From IMG/VR virus record IMGVR_UViG_3300012984_000011: a stretch of 64,000 nt of DNA. One strand, 5' to 3'. The position numbers and the translations under genes are program-made. The DNA comes from an uncultured virus (IMG/VR IMGVR_UViG_3300012984_000011) (Duplodnaviria > Heunggongvirae > Uroviricota > Caudoviricetes). Each line of letters opens with the position of its first letter. The first letter of the stretch is position 1. Below, piece after piece: positions 62,135 through 64,000 of this stretch. Below the pieces are notes generated by a model. It was given only the letters and a program-made list of their open reading frames with translations. It was not told the origin of the DNA and ran no database searches.

Positions 62135-62418
62135 AGTAATCCTCTGTGGTACTCATCCCACATACTGTTCCAATATTCAACGTGTTCTTCAGCGCAATCA
62201 GGGCAGAGAAAGACGTCTCGATTGGGGTCCTCTGGCCGGTCGAACTCTAGGTTGAGCCAATCGTAGCGAGTCTTTGGCTCAAGATGGCTGGTAGCGTAGG
62301 CCGTCATACCTGGTACAGCCTTGACCCCCTCAGTGGTCTCGCACTGTTCACAATGACCAGGATTTGGCACCTCACGGAACGTAGCTGACGCGAAGACAGG
62401 ATCCTGTGAGTTGGCCAT
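62131..62418 (-). CDS. Zn-finger hypothetical protein
   Basis: CEQC...LCPDCA. Confidence 0.65.
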   Translation of the reverse strand: MANSQDPVFASATFREVPNPGHCEQCETTEGVKAVPGMTAYATSHLEPKTRYDWLNLEFDRPEDPNRDVFLCPDCAEEHVEYWNSMWDEYHRGLL

Positions 62419-62423
62419 AAAAC

Positions 62424-62455
62424 AAGGGAGGCTGGTTTTTACACCAACCTCCCTT
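62424..62455 (-). terminator. hairpin (terminator-like) containing GGTGTA
   Basis: AAGGGAGGTTGGTGTAAAAACCAGCCTCCCTT followed by GTTTT on the minus strand. Confidence 0.55.
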
Positions 62456-62590
62456 CAGCATCTACTCCACTTTGGGCAACACCCGCCACGGCACTGCTTG
62501 CAATGACCACTGGGAGATAGTCAGCGCCTCATTTTCAGCACGACCCTAATGAGGACAGGGCCCCTTCTCCATTTGGGCTGCCCTCACCTT

Positions 62591-62818
62591 TCAGGGGAGG
62601 ACTGGAAAAGTCTTGTTTGGGTTTTGGGCCCTATACTGTTTGGCTTGAAAACTGATCTTGGTACCATCACAACCTCCACAAGGCCTCCTTTTTCCGGTTG
62701 GGACCCAAGCTGGAGGCTTGTTGTGATACATGTGGTAGAGGAACATCTCTACAGTACCAACACCGGAGCAGATTTTACACCAGGCTTCGGGGTCGAATGG
62801 TTGTATCAATGCGTCCAT
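62591..62818 (-). CDS. DnaJ-type CxxCxGxG zinc-finger small protein
   Basis: CKICSGVG...CGGCDGT. Confidence 0.55.
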   Translation of the reverse strand: MDALIQPFDPEAWCKICSGVGTVEMFLYHMYHNKPPAWVPTGKRRPCGGCDGTKISFQAKQYRAQNPNKTFPVLP

Positions 62819-62822
62819 ATTG

Positions 62823-63728
62823 TCACAAGGTTCGGAATTGATCTTTGACTTCAGATACGAAATCGGTGAATTCTCTGGTGGCGGCGATATTGGGCCGCCA
62901 AGCCAACCCTCTTTCGATGAGGTTGTATTGCTTCTTGATGTAGGCGCCAGGGATAGGGGCACCATGCTCGTCAAAGTCTCGTCCAAAGAGCCACAAGCAG
63001 TCGGAAATGGCCACCAGAGAGGCAATGTCGTGAGCCACCACAAATAGGGTGTTCTTTTCGTTCAGGGTAGAGACCTTTTGAATCAGGTCGCACACCTTAT
63101 CCTTCATGATCGGATCCAAGCCGGTGAAGGGCTCATCCATGATGATGAAGTGTTCAGAACTAAGCAGCTCTTGGATGATGCTTACCCGTTGCCGCTGCCC
63201 GCCTGACAGCTGACTGGGGTAGAGATTGGCCTTGTCGGCTAGCCCAAAGGTATTGAGGTATTCCCTCACCTTCTCCAATCTGGCCTTCTTGGCAGGACCA
63301 CACCCAAACCAATCTTTGAGGGCATCCAACCCTTTGGCCTTGGGGGCTTTCATGTGCTCCAAAGCCACCAGTAGATTGCCAAGGATGGTCCGGTGTTCGA
63401 ACAGCGGGTAGTTTTGGGCCACCATTCCCACCAGGCCGGCCGTGACGGGCTTTTGGACCACTGATCCGTCAGGTAGCTCTACCTCGACCGTCACCCCGCC
63501 TGTGGTTGGTTTCTGGAGCCCTGCCAAGCATCGGCTGAACTGGGTCTTCCCGATCCCGCTTGGGCCCAAGATTCCAATCACCTGTCCTTGGGTGATGCCA
63601 GAGGTTGGACGGACGATGTCCTTGACCTCGGCATTGATGGGCTTGAGGATCTGCTTCCCATCATAGACCATCGACAGGTTTTGGATGGTGACGAGGGTGC
63701 TTTTCAGCTCGTAATCGTAGGGGCTCAT
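62823..63728 (-). CDS. ABC transporter ATP-binding protein (TauB/SsuB-like)
   Basis: GPSGIGKT, LSGGQRQR, DEPFTGLD, AHD. Confidence 0.9.
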   Translation of the reverse strand: MSPYDYELKSTLVTIQNLSMVYDGKQILKPINAEVKDIVRPTSGITQGQVIGILGPSGIGKTQFSRCLAGLQKPTTGGVTVEVELPDGSVVQKPVTAGLVGMVAQNYPLFEHRTILGNLLVALEHMKAPKAKGLDALKDWFGCGPAKKARLEKVREYLNTFGLADKANLYPSQLSGGQRQRVSIIQELLSSEHFIIMDEPFTGLDPIMKDKVCDLIQKVSTLNEKNTLFVVAHDIASLVAISDCLWLFGRDFDEHGAPIPGAYIKKQYNLIERGLAWRPNIAATREFTDFVSEVKDQFRTL

Positions 63729-63967
63729 GTCTTATCGTCGTCCCTGTGGGTGACCTTGACGTGCACTCGATGAGTGAAACGAGCCTTCTTGAGCCATTTC
63801 CCCAACTCTTTCCCCTCAACCTCGATATTGGCGCCCCTCATTGCAGCAAACAGAGCGAACAGATCGTACATCGCATGATTGGCGTTGTCGAAATTGGTCT
63901 CTGCATCTTCTCTAAACATTGGGGAATCCAGGGACCGTACATCGTTGGCAAGGCCAGGGCCCATCAA
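63725..63967 (-). CDS. hypothetical protein (may begin outside the window)
   Basis: ATGA-coupled to the ABC ATPase. Confidence 0.5.
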   Translation of the reverse strand: MMGPGLANDVRSLDSPMFREDAETNFDNANHAMYDLFALFAAMRGANIEVEGKELGKWLKKARFTHRVHVKVTHRDDDKT

Positions 63968-64000
63968 TCTATACAGGTAGATCTCGGCAGTGTCCCCACC

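Noticed and set aside
62131..62418. PKTRYDWL as another copy of the C-terminal tag
   Set aside because: It is internal rather than terminal and only partly matches.
1..64000. CRISPR array, tRNA, rRNA, IS/transposase or integrase
   Set aside because: No regularly spaced direct repeats, cloverleaf-like T-loop signatures or recombinase/transposase motifs were recognised by eye; a tRNAscan or CRISPR scan is still advisable.
1..64000. Alternative genetic code (stop-codon reassignment, as in some large phages)
   Set aside because: Recognisable proteins are full length in the standard code, and TAA, TAG and TGA all terminate tightly packed genes.

Overview
This 64-kb window looks like accessory-gene territory of a very large (jumbo-type) bacteriophage or phage-like element. 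It has about 120 densely packed, mostly short genes on both strands, frequent ATGA/TGATG overlaps and the standard genetic code. I found no rRNA, tRNA, CRISPR array, IS element or integrase. Recognisable products include HU, two papain-fold proteases, two HslV-like Ntn proteases, a DUF6094 methylase-SF2 helicase fusion, a fibro-slime lipoprotein (hint of a Myxococcota-like host), a YeeB-like helicase, a beta-class DNA methylase, a J-domain protein and a beta-helix protein. Also present are an NT5C nucleotidase, PcfJ, two R2K ATP-grasp proteins, YccA, ASCH, CoaE, CoaD, an Eco29kI-like endonuclease, a nucleotide-sugar dehydrogenase, a metallophosphoesterase and an ABC ATPase. Four patterns stand out on manual reading. 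(1) About 15 mostly unrelated proteins end in the same short motif, [RP]-[ST]-x-W-x-[HLR]-[LI], usually followed by acidic residues and often after a Pro-rich linker; this is a candidate addressing or docking tag. (2) A GGTGTA element lies 8-13 nt before about 33 start codons, including four back-to-back TACACC-N4-GGTGTA pairs, consistent with a one-element promoter making leaderless mRNAs. (3) A second, ECF-sigma-like promoter class, CTTAAY-N16-CGTTHTA, occurs 8 times. (4) A helicase gene cluster carries two paralogous proteins, each built from five ~58-aa basic repeats. All family assignments come from motif recognition by eye, not database searches.
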